DNA of 64,000 nt from Firmicutes bacterium HGW-Firmicutes-9 (GTDB lineage Bacteria; Bacillota; Clostridia; Christensenellales; CAG-138), in assembly GCA_002841395.1 (NCBI GenBank), contig PGZM01000003.1:130554-194553 (forward strand), written 5' to 3'. Below the pieces are notes generated by a model. The model saw only the letters and a program-made list of their open reading frames with translations. It did not search any database and was not told where the DNA came from. Position numbers and translations under genes: made by a program. Positions within the stretch are counted from its first letter, which is position 1, and every line of letters starts with the position of its first letter. This document shows, piece after piece, positions 29,526 to 38,440 of this stretch.

Positions 29526-30802
29526 AGATACTGGATTATAACGAAATCGACAAGAGCACGCTCTTTCTGCGCAGGCTGGAGGACAGCGGCGTAGAGGACG
29601 TTGTGCGCGGGATCATCGCTGACGTCGCCGAAAACGGCGATAGTGCGCTGTTTGCCTACGCAAAAAAGTTTGACCGCGCGGAGCTAGACGCGCTGGAAGT
29701 GACGCAGGCGGAGCTTGACGACGCGCTGCTCTCGATTCCGGCAGAGCTGATCGCCGCGATGCAGACGGCGGCGGAGAACATTCGCGCGTTTCACAGCATG
29801 CAGCTGCGCGAAGGCTTCCGGCTGGAGCGGCCAAACGGCGTCTACATGGGGCAGAAGATCACGCCAATCGAGAAGGTCGGGCTATACATTCCCGGGGGAA
29901 CTGCGAGTTATCCTTCCACCGTGTTCATGAACGCCATTCCCGCAAAGCTCGCGGGTTGTCCGCTCGTGGTGATGGTGTCCCCGCCGAACGCGAACGGACA
30001 GATCGCGGCGACCATCCTCGCCGCGGCGAAGCTCGCGGGCGTGGATCGCGTATTCAAGATGGGCGGCGCGCAGGCGGTTGCCGCGCTCGCTTATGGCACG
30101 GAATCGGTGCCGAAGGTGGACAAGATCGTAGGCCCCGGTAACGCGTACGTAGCCGAAGCGAAGCGACAGGTGTTTGGACGGGTTGCAATCGATATGATCG
30201 CAGGACCCAGCGAAATCCTCGTCGTCGCGGACGAAACGGTGACGCCCTCATTTGTCGCGGCGGATCTATTGAGCCAGGCGGAGCACGACGCGCTTGCCTC
30301 CGCAGTGCTGATTACCAACAGCCGCCAGATTGCTGATGCGGTCAGCGCAGAGGTCGAACGGCAATTGAGCACGCTCCCGCGCGAAACTATCGCGCGCGCT
30401 TCCATCGAGAACCACGGCAAGATCATCGTGACCGACGACCTTCTGTGCGCGATCGATTTGGCGAACGATCTTGCGCCCGAGCATCTGGAACTCTGCGTCA
30501 AGGAACCGGAGCGGTATCTTGCGTATGTGAAGAACGCGGGTTCCGTGTTCCTCGGCAACGACTGCCCGGAATCGCTGGGCGACTATCTCGCGGGGCCGAA
30601 CCACACGCTGCCGACCAGCGGCACCGCGCGGTTTTCCAGCCCGCTGAGCGTAGACGACTTTGTGAAAAAGACGCAGTACACCTATTTTTCGCGGGAGGCG
30701 CTCGCGGAGCTTTCGGACAAGATCGCGGTGTTCGCCCGTGCGGAAGGGCTGGAGGCGCACGCGCGCGCGGCCTTGATCCGCAGCGAGGAGAACAACGTAT
30801 GA
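29522..30802 (+). CDS. hisD: Histidinol dehydrogenase
   Basis: GLYIPGG, GGAQAVAALAYGT, GPGNAYV, DMIAGPSE, QAEHD, APEHL, GPNHTLPT. Confidence 0.97.
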   Translation: MKILDYNEIDKSTLFLRRLEDSGVEDVVRGIIADVAENGDSALFAYAKKFDRAELDALEVTQAELDDALLSIPAELIAAMQTAAENIRAFHSMQLREGFRLERPNGVYMGQKITPIEKVGLYIPGGTASYPSTVFMNAIPAKLAGCPLVVMVSPPNANGQIAATILAAAKLAGVDRVFKMGGAQAVAALAYGTESVPKVDKIVGPGNAYVAEAKRQVFGRVAIDMIAGPSEILVVADETVTPSFVAADLLSQAEHDALASAVLITNSRQIADAVSAEVERQLSTLPRETIARASIENHGKIIVTDDLLCAIDLANDLAPEHLELCVKEPERYLAYVKNAGSVFLGNDCPESLGDYLAGPNHTLPTSGTARFSSPLSVDDFVKKTQYTYFSREALAELSDKIAVFARAEGLEAHARAALIRSEENNV

Positions 30803-31863
30803 GCCGATTTCTCAGTAAAAAATACGCAACCCTGACGCCGTACGTTCCCGGTGAGCAACCGCGGGACATGAAATACGTCAAGCTCAACACGAACGAGTCC
30901 CCGTTTCCGCCTTCTCCGCGCGTAGTCGCGGCGGCGGAGCAAGAGGCAAACCGGCTGAATCTCTATTCCGACCCGGAGTGCACGGAGCTCAAACGCGCGG
31001 CGGCGGAGCTTTACGGTGTAGAGCCGAAACATGTGCTGCCTGTCAACGGTTCGGACGAGATACTCTACTTTGCGTTTCTTGCATACGGGGACGATCAAAA
31101 CCCGTTTGCGTTTGCGGACATCAGCTATGGCTTTTACCCGGTCTATGCGCGGTTTTGCGATGTACCGAGCCGCGAGATTCCGCTCAAGGACGATTTCTCG
31201 CTCGATTATCGGGACTATCTGGGCATTAGAGAGCATATCCTGATCGCAAACCCCAACGCGCCGACGGGAACCACGCTGCCGTTGTGGCAGATCGAGGAGA
31301 TCGTGGGGAGCAATCCCGATCGCGTGGTGATCATCGACGAAGCGTATATCGACTTTGGCGGCGAGAGCTGCGTGCCGTTGATTCACAAATATGATAATCT
31401 ATTGGTGGTACAGACGTTTTCCAAAAGCCGTTCGCTCGCGGGCGCGCGGCTGGGATTCGGGATTGGCAGCGAGCAGCTGATACGTGATCTGAACACGGTG
31501 AAATACTCGATCAATCCGTATAATGTAAACCGCATGACGCAGGCAGCCGGCGTCGCCGCAATCGAAGACGATGACTACTACCGCGCCAACGCGGAGACGA
31601 TCATGACGATTCGCGCAGAGGCGACAGAACAGCTCCAATCGCTTGGCTTTACGGTGTTGCCGTCCTGTGCAAACTTCGTGTTTGCAAAGAGCGGCAGCGT
31701 CAGCGGAGAAGAACTCTATCAAAAACTCAAAGCGCGCGGCGTGCTGGTGCGTCATTTCACAAAAGAGCGCATCAAGGACTACTGCCGCATCACAATCGGC
31801 ACGCGCGAACAGATGCAGACGCTGATGACGAACATTCAATCGATCCTCGCGGAGAAAGGATAA
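30799..31863 (+). CDS. hisC: Histidinol-phosphate aminotransferase
   Basis: YVPGEQP, KLNTNESP, NPNAPTG, DEAYIDF, TFSKSRSLAGARLG. Start at ATG 30799. Confidence 0.95.
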   Translation: MSRFLSKKYATLTPYVPGEQPRDMKYVKLNTNESPFPPSPRVVAAAEQEANRLNLYSDPECTELKRAAAELYGVEPKHVLPVNGSDEILYFAFLAYGDDQNPFAFADISYGFYPVYARFCDVPSREIPLKDDFSLDYRDYLGIREHILIANPNAPTGTTLPLWQIEEIVGSNPDRVVIIDEAYIDFGGESCVPLIHKYDNLLVVQTFSKSRSLAGARLGFGIGSEQLIRDLNTVKYSINPYNVNRMTQAAGVAAIEDDDYYRANAETIMTIRAEATEQLQSLGFTVLPSCANFVFAKSGSVSGEELYQKLKARGVLVRHFTKERIKDYCRITIGTREQMQTLMTNIQSILAEKG

Positions 31864-31870
31864 GATGCAC

Positions 31871-32458
31871 ATGAGAACGGGAAGTTGCACGAGAATGACG
31901 GCGGAGACCGAGATTACGCTCACGCTCGATCTGGATGGAACGGGCAAGAGCGACATCAACAGCGGCGTAGGTTTTCTAGACCACATGCTGACGCTCTTTG
32001 CGCGTCATGCGCGGATCGACCTAAATGCACGCTGCGCAGGCGACAACATGGTAGACGACCACCACAGTGTGGAGGATATCGGCATCGCGCTGGGCGAAGT
32101 GCTCAAAGAAGCGCTCAGCGAGAAGCGCGGCATCAACCGCTATGGCAGCCAACTGCTGCCGATGGACGAATCCCTCGTGCTCTGCGCGGTCGATCTCTCC
32201 GGCAGGGGAACGCTTCGCTTTACCGCGAACATCCCGTCCCAGAAGATCGGCACGTTTGACACGGAACTGGTGGAGGAGTTCTTCTTAGCGTTCAGCCGCA
32301 CGGCGGGCATCACGCTGCACATTCAGCAGCTCGACGGCGAAAACTCGCACCACATCGTGGAGGCGATGTTCAAAGCCTTCGGTCGCGCGCTCAAGCAGGC
32401 GGTCGCCATCGACCCCGCGTATGCGGACGAAATCCCCTCGACAAAAGGCGTGTTATAA
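31871..32458 (+). CDS. hisB: Imidazoleglycerol-phosphate dehydratase
   Basis: FLDHML, DDHHSVED, PMDE, NSHHIVEA, IPSTKG. The start could instead be 31865. Confidence 0.96.
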   Translation: MRTGSCTRMTAETEITLTLDLDGTGKSDINSGVGFLDHMLTLFARHARIDLNARCAGDNMVDDHHSVEDIGIALGEVLKEALSEKRGINRYGSQLLPMDESLVLCAVDLSGRGTLRFTANIPSQKIGTFDTELVEEFFLAFSRTAGITLHIQQLDGENSHHIVEAMFKAFGRALKQAVAIDPAYADEIPSTKGVL

Positions 32459-32460
32459 GT

Positions 32461-33075
32461 ATGATCGCAATCGTAGACTACGGCGTCGGCAACCTGTTTT
32501 CACTGAAAAGCTCGCTTTCGATGATCGGCGCCGATGCAATTATCACCAGAAATGCGGATGACCTCCGCGCGGCGAACAAAATCATTCTGCCCGGCGTCGG
32601 CGCGTTTGAAGACGCGGCTAAAAAGCTCCGTGCAACGGGGTTGGATATGGTCGTAATCGAGCAGGCAAAAGCGGGAAAGCCGCTTTTGGGCATCTGCCTC
32701 GGCATGCAGATGCTGTTTGACCGGAGTTTTGAATACGGCGAGCACCAGGGGCTGGGCCTCATCGCGGGGGACGTGATCGACATGCGCCCGCAGGTGCCCG
32801 CGAATCTGAAGGTGCCGCACATCGGCTGGAACGCGCTGAAGCTGACCAAGCCCGTGCACCCGCTGTTTCGCTACATCAAAGAGGGCGATTGCGTCTACTT
32901 TGTGCATAGCTTCTATGCGGCAAACTGCGAAAAAGCAACCATCGCAACCGCGGAATACGGAACAAGCTTGACCGCGGCGGTTGCAAGCGGAAACGTCGTC
33001 GGCTGCCAGTTCCACCCCGAAAAGAGCGGCAAGGTCGGCCTCAACATCCTCCGCGCGTTTTGCGAACAGACATAA
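32461..33075 (+). CDS. hisH: Imidazole glycerol phosphate synthase, glutaminase subunit
   Basis: DYGVGN, LPGVGAF, GICLGMQ, VPHIGWN, QFHPEKS. Confidence 0.96.
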   Translation: MIAIVDYGVGNLFSLKSSLSMIGADAIITRNADDLRAANKIILPGVGAFEDAAKKLRATGLDMVVIEQAKAGKPLLGICLGMQMLFDRSFEYGEHQGLGLIAGDVIDMRPQVPANLKVPHIGWNALKLTKPVHPLFRYIKEGDCVYFVHSFYAANCEKATIATAEYGTSLTAAVASGNVVGCQFHPEKSGKVGLNILRAFCEQT

Positions 33076-33110
33076 AAAAGATTAAAAGCACAGTTAGGAA
33101 TGAACGATAG

Positions 33111-33827
33111 ATGATCATATTACCGGCAATCGATTTATACGAAAAAAAGGCGGTGCGGCTCTACAAGGGCGAATACAGCAAGATGACCGTTTACAGCGAA
33201 GACCCGCCGAAGCTCGCGCAGGAATTTCGCGAGGCGGGCGCAGAGTGGCTCCACATGGTGGATCTGGAGGGCGCACGCTGCGGCGGCACGCCAAACTTTG
33301 ACATCGCGGCAAAGATCATCCGCACGAGCGGGCTTTCCGTCGAACTCGGCGGCGGCATTCGCGATGAAGAAACGATCTTACGCTATCTCGACGCGGGTGT
33401 GAACCGCGTGATCCTTGGCACGGCAGCCGCGAACAACATTCACTTTGTCGAAGACATGGTCGCGAAATTCGGATCCGCCATCGCGGTCGGCGTCGACCTA
33501 CGGGACGGCATGGTCGCGGTCAAAGGCTGGACGGAGACGACAGGACTGAGCGGCATGGACTACTGTAAAAGCCTCGAGGAGATCGGCGTACAAACTGTGA
33601 TCTGCACGGATATCGCCAGAGACGGCGCGATGGCGGGCGCAAACCGCGCGCTCTACCGCGAACTGATGGAGGCGAGCAAGATGCGATTCATCGCGTCCGG
33701 CGGCGTGAACTCGCTGGAGGACATCTGCGCGCTCAAAGACCTTGGTCTTTATGGCGCAATCGTCGGCAAGGCGTACTACACCGGAGCCGTCAAACTCGCG
33801 GAAGCGATTCGGGAGGCGAACGCATGA
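33111..33827 (+). CDS. hisA: ProFAR isomerase
   Basis: ILPAIDL, HMVDLEGA, GGGIR, TDIARDG, ASGGV. Confidence 0.96.
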   Translation: MIILPAIDLYEKKAVRLYKGEYSKMTVYSEDPPKLAQEFREAGAEWLHMVDLEGARCGGTPNFDIAAKIIRTSGLSVELGGGIRDEETILRYLDAGVNRVILGTAAANNIHFVEDMVAKFGSAIAVGVDLRDGMVAVKGWTETTGLSGMDYCKSLEEIGVQTVICTDIARDGAMAGANRALYRELMEASKMRFIASGGVNSLEDICALKDLGLYGAIVGKAYYTGAVKLAEAIREANA

Positions 33828-34585
33828 TCACAAAGCGCATCATTCCGTGCCTCGACGTCAAGGACGGACGTGTGGTCAAGGGTGTCAACTTTCTGGGGCT
33901 CAACGACGTGTCCGACCCCGTGAAACTTGGGCAGTATTACAGCGACAACGGCGCGGACGAGCTGGTGTTTTACGACATCACTGCGAGTGCGGAAGGACGC
34001 GGACTGTTTACGGACATCCTCACGCGGGTCGCGGAGACGATTTTTATCCCGCTCACCGTCGGCGGCGGCATCAACACGCTGGACGACTTTGACCGCGTGC
34101 TCAAGTGCGGCGCGGACAAGGTCAGCGTCAACAGCGGCGCGATCAGAAATCCCGCGTTGATCGGCGAGGCGGCGAAACGCTACGGCGACCAGTGCGTGGT
34201 GCTCTCGGTGGACGTCAAGCGCGTAAACGGACAGTTTCGCGTGTTTGCCAAGGGTGGCCGGGAGGATACGGGGCTGGATGCGCTCGAGTGGATCAAGCGC
34301 GGCGTGGACAACGGCGCGGGCGAGATCGTATTAAACTCCATCGACACGGACGGCGTCAAACAGGGGTTTGATCTGCCGATGCTTGCTGCCGTGTGCGAAC
34401 TGGTGAGCGTTCCCGTGATCGCGTCCGGCGGCGCGGGCGGCGTGCAGGATTTTGTAACGCTGTTTACAACGCTTCCCAAGGTGGACGCGGGGCTAGCCGC
34501 CTCGATTTTCCACTTTGGCGAGGTGCAGATACCCGGCCTCAAGCAGGCGCTGCATGAGGCGGGCATACCGATGCGGAGGATTTGA
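33824..34585 (+). CDS. hisF: Imidazole glycerol phosphate synthase, cyclase subunit
   Basis: [39 protein letters not shown]. Confidence 0.97.
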   Translation: MITKRIIPCLDVKDGRVVKGVNFLGLNDVSDPVKLGQYYSDNGADELVFYDITASAEGRGLFTDILTRVAETIFIPLTVGGGINTLDDFDRVLKCGADKVSVNSGAIRNPALIGEAAKRYGDQCVVLSVDVKRVNGQFRVFAKGGREDTGLDALEWIKRGVDNGAGEIVLNSIDTDGVKQGFDLPMLAAVCELVSVPVIASGGAGGVQDFVTLFTTLPKVDAGLAASIFHFGEVQIPGLKQALHEAGIPMRRI

Positions 34586-34587
34586 GA

Positions 34588-35235
34588 ATGTTGAATGTGG
34601 AAGAATTGAAGTATAACGCGGACGGACTGATTCCGGCGATCGTCATCGACACCGAGACCAAACAGGTGCTCATGATGGCGTATATGTCGCAAGAGAGCCT
34701 GCAGGTTTCGATGGAAGAAGGGCGCACCTGTTTTTGGTCGCGCTCACGCAAGGAACTCTGGCGAAAGGGCGAGACGAGCGGAAACGTACAGCAGATCGTC
34801 TCCATCACGGCGGACTGTGACGCGGATACGCTGCTTATCGAGGTGCGAAAGAGCGGACCCGCGTGCCATACGGGCGCGGAAAGCTGCTTCTTTCAGCCGG
34901 TCTACGAAGGCGAAGCGATGCCGGGCTTCCAGTATGAGGATTTGTTTGAGATGCTGCGCGGCAGAAAGGCAAACCCGAAGGAGGGCAGCTACACCACCTA
35001 TCTCTTCGAAAAAGGGCTTGATAAGATCCTTAAAAAAGTCGGTGAAGAGACCACAGAGGTCATTCTCGCCGCAAAAGATCAGGACAAAGCCAACACGGTT
35101 TATGAAATCGGCGATTTGATGTATCATTGTATGGTGCTCATGATTGAGTCCGGCATCGAGCTTAGTGACATTCGCCGCGAGATGGCTTCCCGCCACGTGA
35201 TCGACCACAAGGTCAAGCAGGAGAAAATGGCCTAA
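34588..35235 (+). CDS. hisIE: Bifunctional PR-AMP cyclohydrolase / PR-ATP pyrophosphatase
   Basis: [39 protein letters not shown]. Confidence 0.95.
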   Translation: MLNVEELKYNADGLIPAIVIDTETKQVLMMAYMSQESLQVSMEEGRTCFWSRSRKELWRKGETSGNVQQIVSITADCDADTLLIEVRKSGPACHTGAESCFFQPVYEGEAMPGFQYEDLFEMLRGRKANPKEGSYTTYLFEKGLDKILKKVGEETTEVILAAKDQDKANTVYEIGDLMYHCMVLMIESGIELSDIRREMASRHVIDHKVKQEKMA

Positions 35236-35267
35236 CGGCGGCGCAGTAACGAAACGGAGAACAATAC

Positions 35268-36089
35268 TTGTTTACACAGAATTTGCATAGCCACTCGACC
35301 TTTGATGACGGGCAGAACACGATAGAAGAGATGGCGCTTGCCGCGCAGGCGGCGGGGCTTACCTCTATCGGCATCAGCGTACATACGCCGATGCCGCACC
35401 CCGCTTGCTGGACGATTGACGCCGCGCGTCTGCCGGATTATTTCGCCGAAGTGCGGCGGGTAAAGGAACGCTTGCGCGGAACGATCGACGTTTTCTGCGG
35501 CGCGGAGTGGGATTTACATTCCGCAATCGCTCCGACAGGGTTTGACTACGTGATCGGCTCCGTGCACCACATCGCGATCGGAAACGACCTGCCCTGTGTC
35601 GATAATACGGCGGAGGAGACCAGACGAATCATCCGGCAGCATTATGAGGGCGACGCGGACTTGATGGCGGAGGCATATTTCCGCCAGTACCTGACGCTGG
35701 CAAAAATAGACGAGGTGAAAATCGTAGGCCACCTGGACTTACTGACCAAGTTTGACGAATCATGTGCGTTTTTCGACGAAGCATCGCCGCGCTATCTTGC
35801 GGCGGCGACCTCCGCGATTGACGCGCTGATTGCGGCGGGAAAAGTATTCGAAATCAACTCCGGTGCGATTTCGCGCGGATACCGCACCACGCCGTATCCT
35901 TCCAAAGCGCTGCTTCGTGTGATTTCAGAGCGCGGCGGAAAGATCACCATCAGTTCGGATGCGCACCGCGTGGAGGACATCATATGCGGGTTTACGGATT
36001 CCGCTGCACTCGCGCGAGATTGCGGGTTCACCGAACTATGGCGGTTCGACGGAAAGGATTTTGTGCCTGAGCCGTTGAACGACATGTAG
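35268..36089 (+). CDS. PHP-family histidinol-phosphatase (HisJ/HisK-type)
   Basis: NLHSHS, DYVIGSVH, GHLDL, EINSG, SSDAH, and position inside the his operon. Confidence 0.85.
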   Translation: MFTQNLHSHSTFDDGQNTIEEMALAAQAAGLTSIGISVHTPMPHPACWTIDAARLPDYFAEVRRVKERLRGTIDVFCGAEWDLHSAIAPTGFDYVIGSVHHIAIGNDLPCVDNTAEETRRIIRQHYEGDADLMAEAYFRQYLTLAKIDEVKIVGHLDLLTKFDESCAFFDEASPRYLAAATSAIDALIAAGKVFEINSGAISRGYRTTPYPSKALLRVISERGGKITISSDAHRVEDIICGFTDSAALARDCGFTELWRFDGKDFVPEPLNDM

Positions 36090-36110
36090 GACATAAAACA
36101 GGAGGCTCAT

Positions 36111-36803
36111 ATGGTCTCGATTGCAAACGCACTCAAAGAGAATCGCTATCCCGGACGCGGGATTTTGTTGGGCAGCATCGGCAGACAGGCCGTGACCGCA
36201 TATTTTCTCACGGGGCGCAGCGAAAACAGCCAGAACCGCATCTTCCGTGAGGATGGTGACACGCTGCTGATCCTGCCGTTTGACGAAAGCAAGATTTCTG
36301 ATCCCAAACTGATCTTCTACACGCCGATTCGCATCTGCAACGGCGCAATCGTGGTCACAAACGGCGACCACACGGAGACCGTCTGCGAAAGCCTGCTGGC
36401 GGGGCACTCGTTTCAGTATGCCATGAGCGCGCGCTGCTACGAGCCGGATGCGCCGAACTATACGCCGCGCATCGCAGGACTCATGCTGTCTACGGGCAGA
36501 TACACGCTCGGCATCGTGAAGAAGATGGTGGATGCGGACGATTGCAGGCGCAAGTATTGGAGCTTTGATGCGAAAGAAGGCGTGGCGCATATGATCCACA
36601 CCTATCAAAACGACGGAGACCCGCTTCCGCCGTTTGAAGGTGAGCCGCGAGAGATTGCGGTCTTTGGCACGGCGGAATCGCTCGCGGAAGAGATTTGGAG
36701 TGCGCTGGACAAGGATAATCGCGTTTCGCTCTATGTCCGCCTGACCGATCTTTCCAATGGCAGATTCACAAGCGTCGTGAAAAACAAAATGCTGGGAGAT
36801 TGA
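36111..36803 (+). CDS. PurO-like IMP cyclohydrolase
   Basis: YPGRGI, YFLTGRSENSQNR, VTNGDHT, EPDAPNYTPRI, IHTY, LPPFEGEP. Confidence 0.8.
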   Translation: MVSIANALKENRYPGRGILLGSIGRQAVTAYFLTGRSENSQNRIFREDGDTLLILPFDESKISDPKLIFYTPIRICNGAIVVTNGDHTETVCESLLAGHSFQYAMSARCYEPDAPNYTPRIAGLMLSTGRYTLGIVKKMVDADDCRRKYWSFDAKEGVAHMIHTYQNDGDPLPPFEGEPREIAVFGTAESLAEEIWSALDKDNRVSLYVRLTDLSNGRFTSVVKNKMLGD

Positions 36804-36823
36804 AACAAATTTGAGCAAGAAAA

Positions 36824-36849
36824 TGAGCCGCCGGATTTCCGGCGGCTCA
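36824..36849. terminator. Hairpin between convergent genes
   Basis: TGAGCCGCCGGA-tt-TCCGGCGGCTCA. Confidence 0.7.
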
Positions 36850-36863
36850 ATATCGTTTTACGG

Positions 36864-37946
36864 TTATTTTGTTTGTACGTCGTCGTAGATGTGGCGAATC
36901 TCCTCTTCGCAATGGAAGAACGCGTCGCACAGTGCCGGGTTGAACTGCGTCCCGCATTCGCGGCGAATCTCCGTCATGCTTACCTCGTGCGTCAGTGCGG
37001 GTTTATACGGGCGGACACTGCGAAGCGCGTCGTAGACGTCGCAAATCGCGACGATCTGCGCAGAGAGCGGGATTTCGTCGCCCTTGAGGCCGACCGGATA
37101 ACCCTTGCCGTCCCAGCGTTCATGGTGGGAGAGGGCGATATCGACCGCCATCTGGAACATCGCGCTTCTGGTTAAGTTTGGGATTGTCTGCAGGAGCGTT
37201 TCTGCGGCATTCGTGGTGTGCTTCTTCACTTCATCAAACTCTTCCCGCGTGAGCTTGCCCGGTTTTAATAGTATGCTGTCGGGTACACCGGCTTTTCCGA
37301 TGTCGTGCAGCAGACATGCTTGCTGCAGCATATGGATGAAATCATAGTCTAGGCTTTGGCTGTATACGCTGTTAAAGGAGAGCACCGTTGCCACCACACG
37401 GCAGGATTCGGACAGGCGCTTGAGATGCATGCTTGCGTTTTCATCCAACGTTTCCGCAAGATGTACCAGCGAGCTGACTGCACTCCAGACAAGGTCTACT
37501 GTCTGCGCGATATTTTTGGTTGCTTCCGCGTCCGCGTTCTCGCGGCATAGCTCCAAATCGCGCTCTGCTTCCCATTGCTCGGTCAGATCGACGGCGGAAC
37601 ACGCTAAAAACTGAACAACGCCGGCATCGTCCGTGACGGGAGCCATATCAATACACATGACCTTGCGGTTGCCTTCGGCATCCACAAGCCATTGTTCGTG
37701 TGTTTCGCGCTGCCTGCTCTCGAATACGCTCCGGATTCGCGTGATCATCACGGAGGCTTCCGGTTGCGGCCAGATCATCTCGACCGGCTGTTTTTCGATC
37801 TCATCGCGCGGTTTGCCAAGAAAAGCCGCGTGCGCCTTATTGACGCGGCCATATGAGCAGTCATACGTCATCTGCCAGACTTGAAACGGCAGATTGTCGA
37901 GCAATGCGTCATATGCGGCTGGCGGAATCTGCAGCGGTTTTGTCAT
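36864..37946 (-). CDS. PAS-domain HD-GYP phosphodiesterase
   Basis: N-terminal PAS-like region, LLHDIGK, HHERWDGKGYP, IVAICDVYDAL, RPYK. Confidence 0.9.
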   Translation of the reverse strand: MTKPLQIPPAAYDALLDNLPFQVWQMTYDCSYGRVNKAHAAFLGKPRDEIEKQPVEMIWPQPEASVMITRIRSVFESRQRETHEQWLVDAEGNRKVMCIDMAPVTDDAGVVQFLACSAVDLTEQWEAERDLELCRENADAEATKNIAQTVDLVWSAVSSLVHLAETLDENASMHLKRLSESCRVVATVLSFNSVYSQSLDYDFIHMLQQACLLHDIGKAGVPDSILLKPGKLTREEFDEVKKHTTNAAETLLQTIPNLTRSAMFQMAVDIALSHHERWDGKGYPVGLKGDEIPLSAQIVAICDVYDALRSVRPYKPALTHEVSMTEIRRECGTQFNPALCDAFFHCEEEIRHIYDDVQTK

Positions 37947-38440
37947 AAATACCACTCCTTATTTGAGCATTGCGGGCATACCATGCAATGATCGTTTCCA
38001 ACACGTTGTAGAATAACAATGTGACGAAGGAAACTCCGGATTTTCTTGCCGTTTCGCGTATCGTCATCTTTAAGCATAATATGTTATTACATGAAAGTCA
38101 ACGAGCGGTTCGCGCGCGTGTGATAATGCTTGAAATGTATACAATTATATGAGAAGATAGATATAACATCGTAATACAAGTGAAATGAATGGAAGTGTGC
38201 ATTCATCACAGTTTATGCAGGTTCAGCGATCTATGATGAGTTATTCAGATGCTTCCGGAGGAAGCGCAAGATTGTGAACGACCGCAACTAGGCTATGATT
38301 AAGAGATCGGAAAATCTCCTGGCGTATTATACCGACGACTTCGTGATGAAAAGAAAAACAGATTGCGAAAGGCCGGGAAGCGCAGCGATATTGTTGCATT
38401 GTAAAAAACCGGGGCATCGAAGGAACTGGAGGGCAAACAG

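Noticed and set aside
37947..38440. Possible c-di-GMP riboswitch between the HD-GYP gene and the synthase
   Set aside because: I could not find the class I or class II conserved elements by eye. An Rfam scan would settle it.
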